A DNA stretch of 64,000 nt from an uncultured Verrucomicrobiae bacterium (GCA_963764165.1 CAVXRD010000004.1:416001-480000); one strand, 5' to 3'. Shown: positions 48,982 to 59,171, counted from the stretch's first letter. Notes: a model not told the origin generated them from the sequence alone. Translations and numbers: made by a program.

Positions 48982-49796
48982 AGTTCCAACATATTATTGA
49001 CGCGCTTTACCGGCAGCCGCTCGCCATTACGGAAGCGGGATTCCAAACCATCGATGCGCTGGTGCGCCCGATCATTTTTGAGGGCAAGCGGCCGGAGACG
49101 GATTTGTCCGGCTCGCCGATGCCGCAGATGAAGATTGAAAACGGGATCGCCGTCATTCCGATCATCGGCCCGCTCCTGCAGCACGCCTCGCTTTTATCAA
49201 AACAATGCGGGGCGACCTCGTATGATGACATCCGGGAGGATTTGGAAACGGCCGCGAAGTCACGGGTTGACTCGGTTATTATGAACATCAATTCGCCCGG
49301 CGGCCAGGTGATCGGCTGTCTGGAATGCGCCGAGTTCATCAGGGATTTTCAAGAGGAAACGAAGATCCCCGTCTATGCCTTCACCGACACGCAAATGTGC
49401 AGCGCAGCTTATTTTCTCGCCTCGGCGTGCGACACCATTTTCGCCGCGCGCAGCGCCATGATGGGAAGCATCGGCGTCATCGTCGCCTTCATGGATTCCA
49501 GCAAAGCGATGGATCAAGCCGGATTGAAGCCGATGATTTTCACCAGCGGAAAATACAAGGCCACCGGCTCGCCTGGCGTCGCTTTCACACCGGAGCAAAT
49601 CGAATACCTCGAGTCAATGGTGGCGGATGGCTTCGCGCAATTCGCGGATTTCGTCTCCTCGCAGCGCCCTCAGATCTCCCTCGACAACATGCAGGGCCAA
49701 ATCTTCTGGGGCGAGCAGGCGCTGGCAGCCGGGCTGATCGACGACACTGTCAACTCGATTGATGATCTCGGTGAGATTTTCGGATTTTCAGAGTGA
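48978..49796 (+). CDS. S49 family head maturation protease
   Basis: INSPGG, CSAAYFLAS, GSIGV, SGKYK, A..AGLID. Confidence 0.92.
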   Translation: MKFQHIIDALYRQPLAITEAGFQTIDALVRPIIFEGKRPETDLSGSPMPQMKIENGIAVIPIIGPLLQHASLLSKQCGATSYDDIREDLETAAKSRVDSVIMNINSPGGQVIGCLECAEFIRDFQEETKIPVYAFTDTQMCSAAYFLASACDTIFAARSAMMGSIGVIVAFMDSSKAMDQAGLKPMIFTSGKYKATGSPGVAFTPEQIEYLESMVADGFAQFADFVSSQRPQISLDNMQGQIFWGEQALAAGLIDDTVNSIDDLGEIFGFSE

Positions 49797-49831
49797 AAAT
49801 TTCCTGTGCCGTAACTTCGCATCGGGAGCGA

Positions 49832-50347
49832 ATGAAGTTCTCGGAAATCGTTTCGGCGCTGGCGAGCCTCACGGCAAAAATCACGGGCATTGAAGCCAAG
49901 GTCTCTGACCTCTCGGTTAAGGCCACCAATCCCAAGCCCATCTCCGACGAGGAACGCACCGCGTTCAACGCCGAGATCGCCGGCGTCAAAGCATCCGTCA
50001 CTGAACTTCAAAACGGCCTGGTCGCAGCGACCACGGCCATTACCGAGGCCACCACGGCCAACACAAATTTAACGGCGGAAATCGCTTCGCTCAAAACTCA
50101 GCTCACGGACAAGAAAGCCCTGGCCACGGCCGGAGTCGCTGCCGCGGCTGAATTGGCTGCGAGCCAGACCACGCAAGCGGTTTCGCCCAAGACCGATATC
50201 GACCCCTCCGGGAAAACGCCCGAGCAGCTTCTGCAAGCGCAGATGGCCGCGGCGACCAGCCCGAAGGAGAAAACCACCATCGCCCGCAAGCTGCGGGAAT
50301 TGCGAGGAGTTTCGTTTGCCGGCCAGGAAATCAAAGCAACGGCGTAA
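49832..50347 (+). CDS. Scaffold-like coiled-coil protein
   Basis: Ala-rich coiled coil between protease and capsid; ATG 49832 lies 17 nt after the motif. Confidence 0.65.
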   Translation: MKFSEIVSALASLTAKITGIEAKVSDLSVKATNPKPISDEERTAFNAEIAGVKASVTELQNGLVAATTAITEATTANTNLTAEIASLKTQLTDKKALATAGVAAAAELAASQTTQAVSPKTDIDPSGKTPEQLLQAQMAAATSPKEKTTIARKLRELRGVSFAGQEIKATA

Positions 50348-50611
50348 GGGCAACGACGTCTGGCTCGGATCCCAGCGCGAAAAGGAAATCGGCTGGCTGC
50401 AGGCGCGGATGAAGGAGACGCCCGACGGCAAACAAAAGATGCGCCTGGCGCGGGAAGCGCGGTCGCTCCGGCACGGCACGGACATTTTGCGGGGCGGCCG
50501 CGACTACGACTTTAGCTCGGCGCTGCGCGGAGTGCGGCTGCCGGCGGTTCACTGACCCGCCTTCGCCGAAGCTTCGGCGCGGCGAGCAGTAGAGAAGAAA
50601 ATAGAAATTTT

Positions 50612-51565
50612 ATGGCAACATTAAGCGCAGCGGAAATTCTGGCGGACACACTGGACGCCTTCAAAACGGAAGTGCCGATTCTCTCGGCGGTTTCCACCGA
50701 CCTTTCGAGCGCGCGCGCGGTCAAGGGTTCGCAGATCATCGCGCACATTTCGGTTTTGCCGACCGTGCAGGCGTATGACCCGGTGACAGGTTTCGCCAAC
50801 GGCGCCACGGACGCCAGCAACCTCTTGCAGGACGTGCCGGTGACGATGAACTACTTGCCGCACGTCCCGACCGACGTCACTTACCTGGATACGATCGCGT
50901 CGCAAAAGGATTTGTACAAGGAGGCGATTCGCAATTCCACGTACGTCCTAGGAAAGAACGTCGTCGATACGCTGCTTGGTTTCATCAACGGCCCGGGCGG
51001 AAACAATTTTTCCAACAAGTATCTCGCCTCCCTGGCGAATACCACTTTGGACACCGTCGAAGCCGTGAGGTCGCTCTTGAACACGAACCACGCCGCGACT
51101 GTGGGCCGCTTTGGAATCGTCAGCACCGGGTTTGCCCAGGCGCTGCAGGAAGATCAACGCACAATGAGCGCGCTGTTCTACTCGCAGCTCAACGGCGACA
51201 ACGCGCTGCGCCGCTTTCAGCGCATCGGCGGTTTCAGCAACATTTGGGAATACCCGGATATGCCGAACAACGGCATCAATCTGAGCGGCGCGTTTGCCGA
51301 TCGCCGGGCCTTCACCGTGGCCACCCGCATTCCGACGCTGGGCGCTTTCGCCGGCAATCCGCTCAACGCGCCGATGACGGCCGCGTTCGAAGTCGTCGAG
51401 GATCCCGACAGCGGCCTGTCGCTCCTGGGCATCGTGTGGATTACCAACGGCACGTTCAACATGAACATGACGCGCACGTTCCTGTTCGGCATAAGCGCTG
51501 GCAATCAGGGCACTGGCAACGGCCAGAAGACGGACAACGCTTTGGTCTACACGACCACGGCCTAA
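50612..51565 (+). CDS. Major capsid protein
   Basis: 317 aa after scaffold; STDLS...KG..I, RFGIVS, DPDSGLSL; position-based plus HK97-fold-like pattern. Confidence 0.78.
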   Translation: MATLSAAEILADTLDAFKTEVPILSAVSTDLSSARAVKGSQIIAHISVLPTVQAYDPVTGFANGATDASNLLQDVPVTMNYLPHVPTDVTYLDTIASQKDLYKEAIRNSTYVLGKNVVDTLLGFINGPGGNNFSNKYLASLANTTLDTVEAVRSLLNTNHAATVGRFGIVSTGFAQALQEDQRTMSALFYSQLNGDNALRRFQRIGGFSNIWEYPDMPNNGINLSGAFADRRAFTVATRIPTLGAFAGNPLNAPMTAAFEVVEDPDSGLSLLGIVWITNGTFNMNMTRTFLFGISAGNQGTGNGQKTDNALVYTTTA

Positions 51566-51600
51566 CGCGCAGACGGCGCAACGCATCTCGGAAAGCAAAT

Positions 51601-52251
51601 ATGTATATCGCAGTTGGATTTCCAAGCAGCGCCCGTGAAGACGGGGCTGAGGTGCTGTACGCCGGACAAGACAAAGGCGCGATGCTCAAGGCGATTGATG
51701 CCGCGATCGCCTCCAAGAAATTTCAACTGATCGGGAAGCTGCTCAGGCCGCTGTTTCAGAAACACACCATGACGCCCGGCGTGCATGTGATTGTCGATTG
51801 CAGCCCGGCCCACAACGCAGGTTTGAAAGCGCAAAGCGCGGCCCTCGCCTCCGGTGCGACTGCTGAGGAAGCGGCGTCCAAAGGCGCGAGCGTCAAGCTC
51901 GATGCCGCCAAAGCCAACGCCCTCTCGCTTGCCAAGCTCGCGGAGGACGAGCGCGGAAAATTTGCAAATTTGCAACGGGAGTGGCAACGCCAGATCGCGG
52001 CCGCCCCGGGTGACAACCGGCTCAAGGTGCACATCGGCCATTTGGAAACGCGGGCAAAAAATGTCGTGGACTCCGCGATAACGCTGGCGACGGAAGCAGC
52101 CGAACGCGCGACCGCCGCCGAGAAAGATTTAGCAGTCAAACAGAAAGCCGCCGAAGACGCGAAAGCCGCTGCCGAGAAAGCCGCGGCGGAAAAGGCGGAC
52201 GCAGAAAAAGCCCAAGCCGAGGTTGAATCCAAAGGCAAAAAGAAAAAGTAA
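51601..52251 (+). CDS. Phage protein with Ala/Lys-rich coiled coil
   Basis: MYIAVGFP..; AAEKAAAEKA tail. Confidence 0.7.
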   Translation: MYIAVGFPSSAREDGAEVLYAGQDKGAMLKAIDAAIASKKFQLIGKLLRPLFQKHTMTPGVHVIVDCSPAHNAGLKAQSAALASGATAEEAASKGASVKLDAAKANALSLAKLAEDERGKFANLQREWQRQIAAAPGDNRLKVHIGHLETRAKNVVDSAITLATEAAERATAAEKDLAVKQKAAEDAKAAAEKAAAEKADAEKAQAEVESKGKKKK

Positions 52252-52252
52252 T

Positions 52253-52879
52253 ATGAAGTCCATTAAAAATTTTGCAGTGATGATCGTGGTGTTGATCGCC
52301 ATGCTGTTTGCCTCATTGCGCGCGCGCGCGCAAGGCGGCGGCAGCGCCCCGCAGAACCTGGGACCGCAGGGCGCCACGACCGTTGTGCTGGCGACCAATT
52401 ATCCTTTCGCCTCGCTGCCAGCCAGTTCCACCAACACGTTTCCGCAGACTTATACGGTCACGAATATTTATTCGAACGTGTTCTCGATTCCGGTCACCTA
52501 CGTGACAAACATCACCACTAACACGGTGACAGGTTATATTGACCTCACCGGCCAGCTCGATCTGGCGATCCAGACTGGTTTTTCATGCACGAACCCCACC
52601 GACGTTTCGAACGTGGTTTGGAAGCTGATGCCGTCCCTCGACGGGGTCAATGCCGATACGACGAACGCCGCCTGGTGGGTCACAAACACCAGCCCGGGCA
52701 GCAATGGGCTTGTGCAGACGACTGTTTTTTCCAGCGCCCAAAAATCAGGCATTGCCGGATTCTTTGTGGGAGAGGTCATCAACCTGAATACGAACCCAAT
52801 TTTCCCGTTCTTGACCAACGCGACCGGCAGCAATTACCAGTTCATGCAGGTACGCGGAACGAAGCCTGTCCGTTATTGA
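52253..52879 (+). CDS. Thr/Asn-rich beta protein with Sec-type signal peptide
   Basis: MKSIKNFAVMIVVLIAMLFASLRARA-QGG. Confidence 0.75.
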   Translation: MKSIKNFAVMIVVLIAMLFASLRARAQGGGSAPQNLGPQGATTVVLATNYPFASLPASSTNTFPQTYTVTNIYSNVFSIPVTYVTNITTNTVTGYIDLTGQLDLAIQTGFSCTNPTDVSNVVWKLMPSLDGVNADTTNAAWWVTNTSPGSNGLVQTTVFSSAQKSGIAGFFVGEVINLNTNPIFPFLTNATGSNYQFMQVRGTKPVRY

Positions 52880-52880
52880 T

Positions 52881-53276
52881 ATGACGAAAGTAGCCCTTTT
52901 GCAATTGGCCCAGGCGACCGCCGCAACGGTGGTCACCGGGAGCGCGTCCGCCCTGGCGGCGGATCAGGCGATGGTGAATGCCTTCGTCGGCACCGGCAAT
53001 CCGGCGACGGATTATCCCGGGTTCAAGCAGAGTTTCGGCCGCGAGCTGCAAAGCTACCGCCAAGCTGCACAAGCCGACGCAGCGCCCGCGACCGCACCCG
53101 GCGCAGGCCCGAGGACGCAGGCGATCTCGGCTGAAGTCTTCGCCAAATTGCCGCCTGACATGCAGGCTCGATTGGTGGCGGCCAACCCGGCTCTTGCCAA
53201 TGTGGTTGCGGCTGCGCCCGCGCCTGTATCCGCAACGGCTGCGGCTCCAGTTGCATCAGCGCCACCGGCAGCGTAA
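52881..53276 (+). CDS. Ala/Pro-rich phage protein
   Basis: 131-aa ORF before terminator. Confidence 0.65.
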   Translation: MTKVALLQLAQATAATVVTGSASALAADQAMVNAFVGTGNPATDYPGFKQSFGRELQSYRQAAQADAAPATAPGAGPRTQAISAEVFAKLPPDMQARLVAANPALANVVAAAPAPVSATAAAPVASAPPAA

Positions 53277-53301
53277 GATCATTTTTTGTGTGGGGGGAAT
53301 C

Positions 53302-53340
53302 GCGGGCGGCTTCTGTCGGGAGGCCGCCCGCATTTTTTTT
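53302..53340 (+). terminator. Intrinsic terminator after head genes
   Basis: GCGGGCGGCTTC-loop-GAGGCCGCCCGC followed by T8. Confidence 0.85.
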
Positions 53341-53403
53341 CCAACCCTTGCCGCGCCGAAGCGCCAGCGAAGGCGGGTGCCGCAATTCCGCTGCTAGCTC
53401 AGA

Positions 53404-53727
53404 ATGAGCCCACTCGGCAGCATGCACAATCAGGCGCTTCGCGACTTGGAACGTCTCCTTAAAAATCCACAGTTGAAGTGGCTTGGCTTCCCTTATGTTT
53501 GCGCGCCCTCCACGCTCGAGCGCGGGCAGACCATCGGTTTCGGGGGCCGATTGTATGACGTCAAATTGACACTCACCGTGCGGACGGAAGTTATTAAAGG
53601 CGCGGCCAAACCGTTGGAGTCAGGAAAAGTCATCGAGTATGACGATGAACAATACCGCATCGCCGTCGCCAAGACCGCCTCCACCGGCGATCACATTCGC
53701 TTGACACTCATTGATCCCAACCGATGA
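53404..53727 (+). CDS. Head-tail joining protein (gpFII-like)
   Basis: 107-aa beta-rich, G..I.YD...YRI; position. Confidence 0.6.
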   Translation: MSPLGSMHNQALRDLERLLKNPQLKWLGFPYVCAPSTLERGQTIGFGGRLYDVKLTLTVRTEVIKGAAKPLESGKVIEYDDEQYRIAVAKTASTGDHIRLTLIDPNR

Positions 53728-53728
53728 C

Positions 53729-54556
53729 ATGGCCAGCGATATCCAATTCTCGGTCGACATGCAGTCGTTTGGCTCGCAGCTCGCGCGCCTGGCGATGGCA
53801 TCGAGGAGGACGAACAAAGAGGTCCTGATTCAACAGTGCCGGATCATGGCGGTGGATTTAATCAGATCCACCCCGCCGACCGGCAACCGGCCTTTGACCG
53901 AATCTTTTGCCGCCCAAAAGAAAAAAGGCGAAATGTCGGTCGACCGCGATATCACCAGGCTTTTTCAGCCCCTGACGACCATTCGCGCCGTGCTCGATCC
54001 CATGCCGCGGCGCGGCCACTACAAACCGAGCAGGCTCGACTATTTGAAGCATCTCGCGGAACGCGGCCAGTTTCAGGAACTGAGCGAAGCGATGTTTGAT
54101 ATGCAGATTACGGACGAGCGCGTCCCGATCGTCGCCGCCATCACCACGGAAGAGTACCGCGCGGAGTGGATGCTCTTCGCCACGCGCGGGACCGTCAGCG
54201 CAAAGCGGGCCCGCCGCACGCTCGTGTGGGACAGCAGCGCCCTGGCGGTCGTGCGCGAAGAGGTGAAGAAACGCGTCGGCTGGGCCAAAGCCGGCTGGAT
54301 GCCCGCCGCGCGCCACTTGCAGGCGAAACGGCTGCCGGCGTGGATCACCGACAAGAACGCCCCTGGCGGCTTCATTGACGACACCAACGATGCCGACGAG
54401 CCGGCATTCACTTTCATTAACAACGTCAAGTATATTGCATATTTGAACAATGGAAACCGGCTGTTGCTCCGGGTTATTCGCGAACGGCAGCGGGCCATGG
54501 AAATTTCCATTGAGCACGCGCTGGAGCATTACATCGAGGAGTTTAACGCGGCCTGA
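53729..54556 (+). CDS. Neck/tail-completion protein
   Basis: DLIRSTPP..RVGWAKAGW..P.WI..N.V.Y; position. Confidence 0.6.
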   Translation: MASDIQFSVDMQSFGSQLARLAMASRRTNKEVLIQQCRIMAVDLIRSTPPTGNRPLTESFAAQKKKGEMSVDRDITRLFQPLTTIRAVLDPMPRRGHYKPSRLDYLKHLAERGQFQELSEAMFDMQITDERVPIVAAITTEEYRAEWMLFATRGTVSAKRARRTLVWDSSALAVVREEVKKRVGWAKAGWMPAARHLQAKRLPAWITDKNAPGGFIDDTNDADEPAFTFINNVKYIAYLNNGNRLLLRVIRERQRAMEISIEHALEHYIEEFNAA

Positions 54557-54589
54557 CCGCCTCTACCGTAACTCCGGGCCTCGGGCACG

Positions 54590-55627
54590 ATGGCAAAGGC
54601 CCCTTACAGTCCCGAACTGGATACGCTGGAGTTCCGCATCGAGGCGGCGCTGAAAACCTATTTGCTCTCGGTCGGCATCACCGGCAATCCGAACATTTAC
54701 ACCGGTGAAGAGACTGAGGACCGCGAGCTGCCCGCCATCGTTTGTGAATGCCACGGCGGCCCAGAGAATCCTCCCGGAACGAATAATTTTCTTGAGGACG
54801 CCACTGTTTGCATTGTCTCGAATGTTGACGAAACGGAGTCCGACGCGGATCCATTCCCGCCAGCCAGGCGGCTCGTTGAGCAAGTCAAGTATTGGTTGTG
54901 GGATGCTCTTCTCGACAGCAACGCGAATGAGCACTTGCACGAGATATTGACCGCTCAGGTGCCAAACCTTCAGGTGCAAAACCAAATTCAATTTCACGGC
55001 CCGGTCATCGCGATCCACGATCGCAAGATGATCACGGAATTGAAATTCACGATGCAGGCGTATCAGGGCTTCAACGGCGTGGCTGGTCCGGCGCCGGGAT
55101 TTTCGCTCCACACGCTTCTGCCCGTTGCCTGTGGCGTGGCGCAAGGAAGCACGGAATGCCACTGCCCGGCCGGGTCGACGACGATCGGCATTCTGCCAGG
55201 GATCGCCGGGAAAACGTATCAATACACTTTCCTGGTCAGCGGCCTGGTCGAGCTCAAGAGTTACACTGGCGGAACGCAGAGCGGCTTTTTTTACACGGGC
55301 GGTTCCAACGCCAACGATGGCAACGCCAATTCGTACGGACTCGTCGTCACCACGCCCGCTAATGCGCCCAACGTCACCGCCAGCCAAGGCCAGTTTTTCC
55401 TGAACGCGTCCACTGGCGGGGCTGGGAGGTACCAAAACAACGTCGTTCAATACAAAGTGACACTGACAGCTCAGGCGGGACAGGCGATGGTGCTGACCAC
55501 CAATTCATTCGACGGCTTCCAAGCCAGCAACCCCAACGCTCTGACCGTTCCCGGAATCACGTCCCCTGCGCAGCCGTTCAACGGGCAATTTATACGGCTC
55601 GATCTGGTCAACGCGGTGCAGGTGTAG
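54590..55627 (+). CDS. Tail terminator-like protein with extra C-terminal beta domain
   Basis: IYTGE..ELPAIVC N-terminal domain; Gly/Thr/Asn-rich extension. Confidence 0.55.
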   Translation: MAKAPYSPELDTLEFRIEAALKTYLLSVGITGNPNIYTGEETEDRELPAIVCECHGGPENPPGTNNFLEDATVCIVSNVDETESDADPFPPARRLVEQVKYWLWDALLDSNANEHLHEILTAQVPNLQVQNQIQFHGPVIAIHDRKMITELKFTMQAYQGFNGVAGPAPGFSLHTLLPVACGVAQGSTECHCPAGSTTIGILPGIAGKTYQYTFLVSGLVELKSYTGGTQSGFFYTGGSNANDGNANSYGLVVTTPANAPNVTASQGQFFLNASTGGAGRYQNNVVQYKVTLTAQAGQAMVLTTNSFDGFQASNPNALTVPGITSPAQPFNGQFIRLDLVNAVQV

Positions 55628-56501
55628 CCGTTGCGTAACTGAGATCGACGAATTCGAGGTCGGGGTTAAACCACAGCACCGCCTCGCCCACCGTCGACGT
55701 GCATTTCAAAAAGAACTGACAACGGGAAAGTAGGTGCGCCTCAATTAGAACATCCTTGCCGAGGCGGTAGCCATTCAGCGAACGCTTTTGGAACACGTTC
55801 TTGTCCGTCCTGGATCGCACGGAGTTGTAACAAACAATTCGCCCTTCGTAGCGGTGCTTGAACATCTCCAGGTACTGCGCCTGGTCCGTGGCAACGAAAA
55901 TTCTTGCATCTGGATGCGCGGACAGCATCGGATCAATCCGGTCGAAATAATCCTGAGGCTCGATAATCCTCATGGCCCGCGGATTGGCCACGTTGGTGGC
56001 CTTGTCGGTCCCCCGCACATGAACTCCAATCACAAAACGCCCACTCATGTGGCGACCGTGGAACTTGTCAATTTCCTCGCGAATGTGGCTTTTGATTTTG
56101 ACATACTTTTTAATCAGAGCCGCGCCCTTGCTCCTCTGGAGCCGGTACCAGTCTGGATCGTAATCGGCTTTCGCAAAATAAACCCCGTAGGGATAAGGAA
56201 ACACGCTCTCGGGATCTTGGAAGTGGAGATGGTGCAGTTCATCCGCAGTCAGCTCGAACAATTTCCCAGGGACAGCGGCCCGCACATCCTCGTAAGTCAA
56301 CCCGGCCACCGGCTCAAAGTAATAATTCCACATGTTGGAGCCGAAGCGTAAATCATAAAAATCATTGCGACCGCTGCCGGCCCGCTTCCCAAAATAAACC
56401 ACCGGGAAATAGCCGTTTCGCTCGCAAAGAGACAGTTGGTTCAACGCGAAAAGGAGATATCCGAAAAACCCGACATTGTGGCTCTTAAGGGTGATGACCA
56501 T
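55608..56501 (-). CDS. NodZ-like / O-fucosyltransferase family glycosyltransferase (moron)
   Basis: GFFG, NMWNYYFEP, IGVHVRGTDK, IFVATD, LLSRC..STV; start could be upstream (to 56708). Confidence 0.8.
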   Translation of the reverse strand: MVITLKSHNVGFFGYLLFALNQLSLCERNGYFPVVYFGKRAGSGRNDFYDLRFGSNMWNYYFEPVAGLTYEDVRAAVPGKLFELTADELHHLHFQDPESVFPYPYGVYFAKADYDPDWYRLQRSKGAALIKKYVKIKSHIREEIDKFHGRHMSGRFVIGVHVRGTDKATNVANPRAMRIIEPQDYFDRIDPMLSAHPDARIFVATDQAQYLEMFKHRYEGRIVCYNSVRSRTDKNVFQKRSLNGYRLGKDVLIEAHLLSRCQFFLKCTSTVGEAVLWFNPDLEFVDLSYATATPAPR

Positions 56502-56781
56502 GATCGCGTTGAATTCGGCGCAAGCAGCGATGGAAACGGTCCGCAAACTCTCTTCTTTCCGGAAACGCGAGATAGAGCGAACGGTCGAGGGTTTGAGAGA
56601 GTCGATGGCAAAAGACCCCAGGGCAATGCAGTCGGCGACGAAATACCTCCGCATCCAGCCCGCCGCGATGACAACGGCCGGAAGACGATTTTTAAGAAAT
56701 GTCTTCAACGGGTACCAATGATAGCGATCCCTGGCGGCCCTGTCAGGCTTTAATGTGCCGTAACTTCAACCGTAGGGCGAT

Positions 56782-57195
56782 ATGTCGCTCAACGTTTTTG
56801 GCCAGGCAATCGTCCGCGACGCCGCGACGAACATCGATTTTCTTTCCTCGGGGGCGTATTCGTGCGACGACTCGGATTACTCCCAGGACTTCGGCCGCGA
56901 TGATGTCGAAGGAACATCCGGCGCGCTGGCGTCCGTGCTGGTCAAGCGCCTGATCGAGAAACTCACCATCACGGTGACTCCCATGGGCGCCACCTTCGAG
57001 AACGCGCAGTCCCAGGCTGTTCTTCCTACACCTATGCAGGTCGTGACGCTGTCCGAATCGACCATCGCCAATTATAACGGCACCTGGAATTTCATCTCCG
57101 GTGGCAAGATCAAAAGCAAAAAGGCCGGCGTGACAGTCATGACTTACATGCTGGAGCGTTACGATGGCGCGGCCCTGACGCAAGTCACCACCTAA
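56782..57195 (+). CDS. Tail tube protein (putative)
   Basis: 137-aa beta-rich ORF before chaperone and tape measure. Confidence 0.55.
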   Translation: MSLNVFGQAIVRDAATNIDFLSSGAYSCDDSDYSQDFGRDDVEGTSGALASVLVKRLIEKLTITVTPMGATFENAQSQAVLPTPMQVVTLSESTIANYNGTWNFISGGKIKSKKAGVTVMTYMLERYDGAALTQVTT

Positions 57196-57207
57196 GCGCG
57201 GCGGTCC

Positions 57208-57822
57208 ATGAGCCCGCCCGAATATCTCTCCGCTTGCATCCCCGAGCCATTCACGGTCCTGGGAATGAAACTGCGTCCGCTCAGCATCGGCCATATTCTT
57301 TTGATGCAGTGGCAGGGGCTTTCCTACGTCAGCGAGAGGCCCGAGCCGCCAACGATGGACGACTTAATTTCGGGATGCCTGATTTGCTCGATGGGATTCC
57401 GGGAATACAAGGAGTTTTTGGAGCGCCAGGATTTGCGCGAAGAGCTGACCCGGCTTGGGCGCGTCTTTAGCTTTGACGAACTTCCGGAAAAATACGCGCT
57501 GTTTCGGGCCTACCTAGACCAAGGAACCGAATCGCCCGAGGTGGAAATACCCGACAGCATTGCCAGCGGGGTTCTCCTCGGCACGCCCTGGCTGCAGAGC
57601 CTCCGCATCTGCCTGATGAGCAAACTGCACGTCAGCAACGAGGAAACATTTGATTATCCATACCGGATGGCGCTCTGGGATTGCTTCTCGGTCCGTGAAT
57701 CCGAAGGCCGCCTTGTCATCAACACTGGCCAAATGGACACGGCGGCTATGCAGGAAAAAATTGAGGTAATGCAGGCGCTCAATCTGGCGTTTCTGGAACG
57801 GCTGGGAGGAATTCCAAAGTAA
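57208..57822 (+). CDS. Tail assembly chaperone (putative)
   Basis: VLGMKLRPLSIGH..; directly before tape measure. Confidence 0.55.
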   Translation: MSPPEYLSACIPEPFTVLGMKLRPLSIGHILLMQWQGLSYVSERPEPPTMDDLISGCLICSMGFREYKEFLERQDLREELTRLGRVFSFDELPEKYALFRAYLDQGTESPEVEIPDSIASGVLLGTPWLQSLRICLMSKLHVSNEETFDYPYRMALWDCFSVRESEGRLVINTGQMDTAAMQEKIEVMQALNLAFLERLGGIPK

Positions 57823-59154
57823 ATGGGCCTTCACGTCAAAACATCCGTCGACGGCCACGGCTTCGCCGCCGGCCTGAAAAAGATGGAGGAGGACGCCGAG
57901 CATTTCGGCAAAAACCTCTCAGAGAAAATCTCCGGGCATTTCGGAGAAGCAGTCATGGGGGTTATCCCCGGTCTGACTAGCTCCATTGCAGGCGTTTTTG
58001 CGGCGGAAAAAATCAAGGAATCGCTCAAGGAATTTGGCGAGCAGGCCGAACGCATTGAATTTGGCTCCATCCGTCTCAACGTCGATCCAGAAACATTTCA
58101 GCGGCTCGACCGGGTGATGAAAGTCACCGGCGAGACCGCCGAGACGGCCGCGACTGCCTTCGACAAACTGGCTGTGTCCGCCACGAAAATCGAGGACGGC
58201 CGCGACAAGACAGGAGAGCTGCGCCAGGCCTTCGCGGAGCTGGGTGTCACCACGGATGAGCTGGCGAGCAAGGATTACCGCAAAATATTTTTCCAGATCG
58301 CCGAAGGCTTGAAGGATATCGAGCCGAGCAAAGAGCAGATCGCTGCGCTGCGCGAGGTCTTCGGCAAGCAGGGCGATAATTTGCTGCCCGCGTTCAAGCT
58401 TGGTTTTGACAGCGACTACGCCACGGCCGGCGTCCTGGATGAGAAGGAATTGCAGGGCATCAAGGCGGTGAATGATGAATGGCGCAAACAGGGTGCAACC
58501 ACGGCTGGAATGTGGAACACCACGAAACGGGCCGCGCTTGAGGCTGCGTCCGGCCTCGCCCTCATGATCAACCCATTTAGATGGGCACAGAATTTGGGCA
58601 CGCCTGATGAGGACGGATACCACCAAAAATTCATGGCCGAGGAAGCCAAACGCCTCGCCGAGATCACCGCCGAGAAGCGGAAGCAGGCGGCCGCGCAGGA
58701 AGCGCTGCATGAGGCGAATAGGAAATCGGACGAAGCGGATCGCAAGAAAGCCGCCACGATCGACAAGGAGACGGAAGCGCTAAAGGAGCGCAACCGGATC
58801 GCCGCCATGACGCCTGAGGAAAAGCGGCTTTATTTGCTCGATCAAATCCGGCAGATGCAGGGCGAACTGGATTACGGCGCCGGAAACAGCCGGGCGGATG
58901 ACGCGACGTTGCGCAAAAAAATTGCCGAAGCGCAGCATGAAATTTCGCAGCTCGACAAGGTTAAGCCGAAGGCCGTCCACGAACATCTTTCTCATCTAGG
59001 CAACCAGGCCATCGGCGGAATCATGATGGGACACGACCGGCTAAACGAGATGGCCGCGCATACGCGCCGGTCGGCGGAACACCTCGCGAGCATCGACAAG
59101 AAAATGGCCGCGCGGCAGCCGTCCGGCCGCACGCAGCATCACGACCTGCCGTAA
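57823..59154 (+). CDS. Tape measure protein (short, 443 aa)
   Basis: Helical; VDGHGFAAGL, AFAELGV, EVFGKQGDNLLP. Confidence 0.78.
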   Translation: MGLHVKTSVDGHGFAAGLKKMEEDAEHFGKNLSEKISGHFGEAVMGVIPGLTSSIAGVFAAEKIKESLKEFGEQAERIEFGSIRLNVDPETFQRLDRVMKVTGETAETAATAFDKLAVSATKIEDGRDKTGELRQAFAELGVTTDELASKDYRKIFFQIAEGLKDIEPSKEQIAALREVFGKQGDNLLPAFKLGFDSDYATAGVLDEKELQGIKAVNDEWRKQGATTAGMWNTTKRAALEAASGLALMINPFRWAQNLGTPDEDGYHQKFMAEEAKRLAEITAEKRKQAAAQEALHEANRKSDEADRKKAATIDKETEALKERNRIAAMTPEEKRLYLLDQIRQMQGELDYGAGNSRADDATLRKKIAEAQHEISQLDKVKPKAVHEHLSHLGNQAIGGIMMGHDRLNEMAAHTRRSAEHLASIDKKMAARQPSGRTQHHDLP

Positions 59155-59171
59155 TACCGCAGTCATGGTGT

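Noticed and set aside
57208..57822. Lambda G/GT programmed frameshift
   Set aside because: Single ORF runs to the tape measure start; no second frame needed
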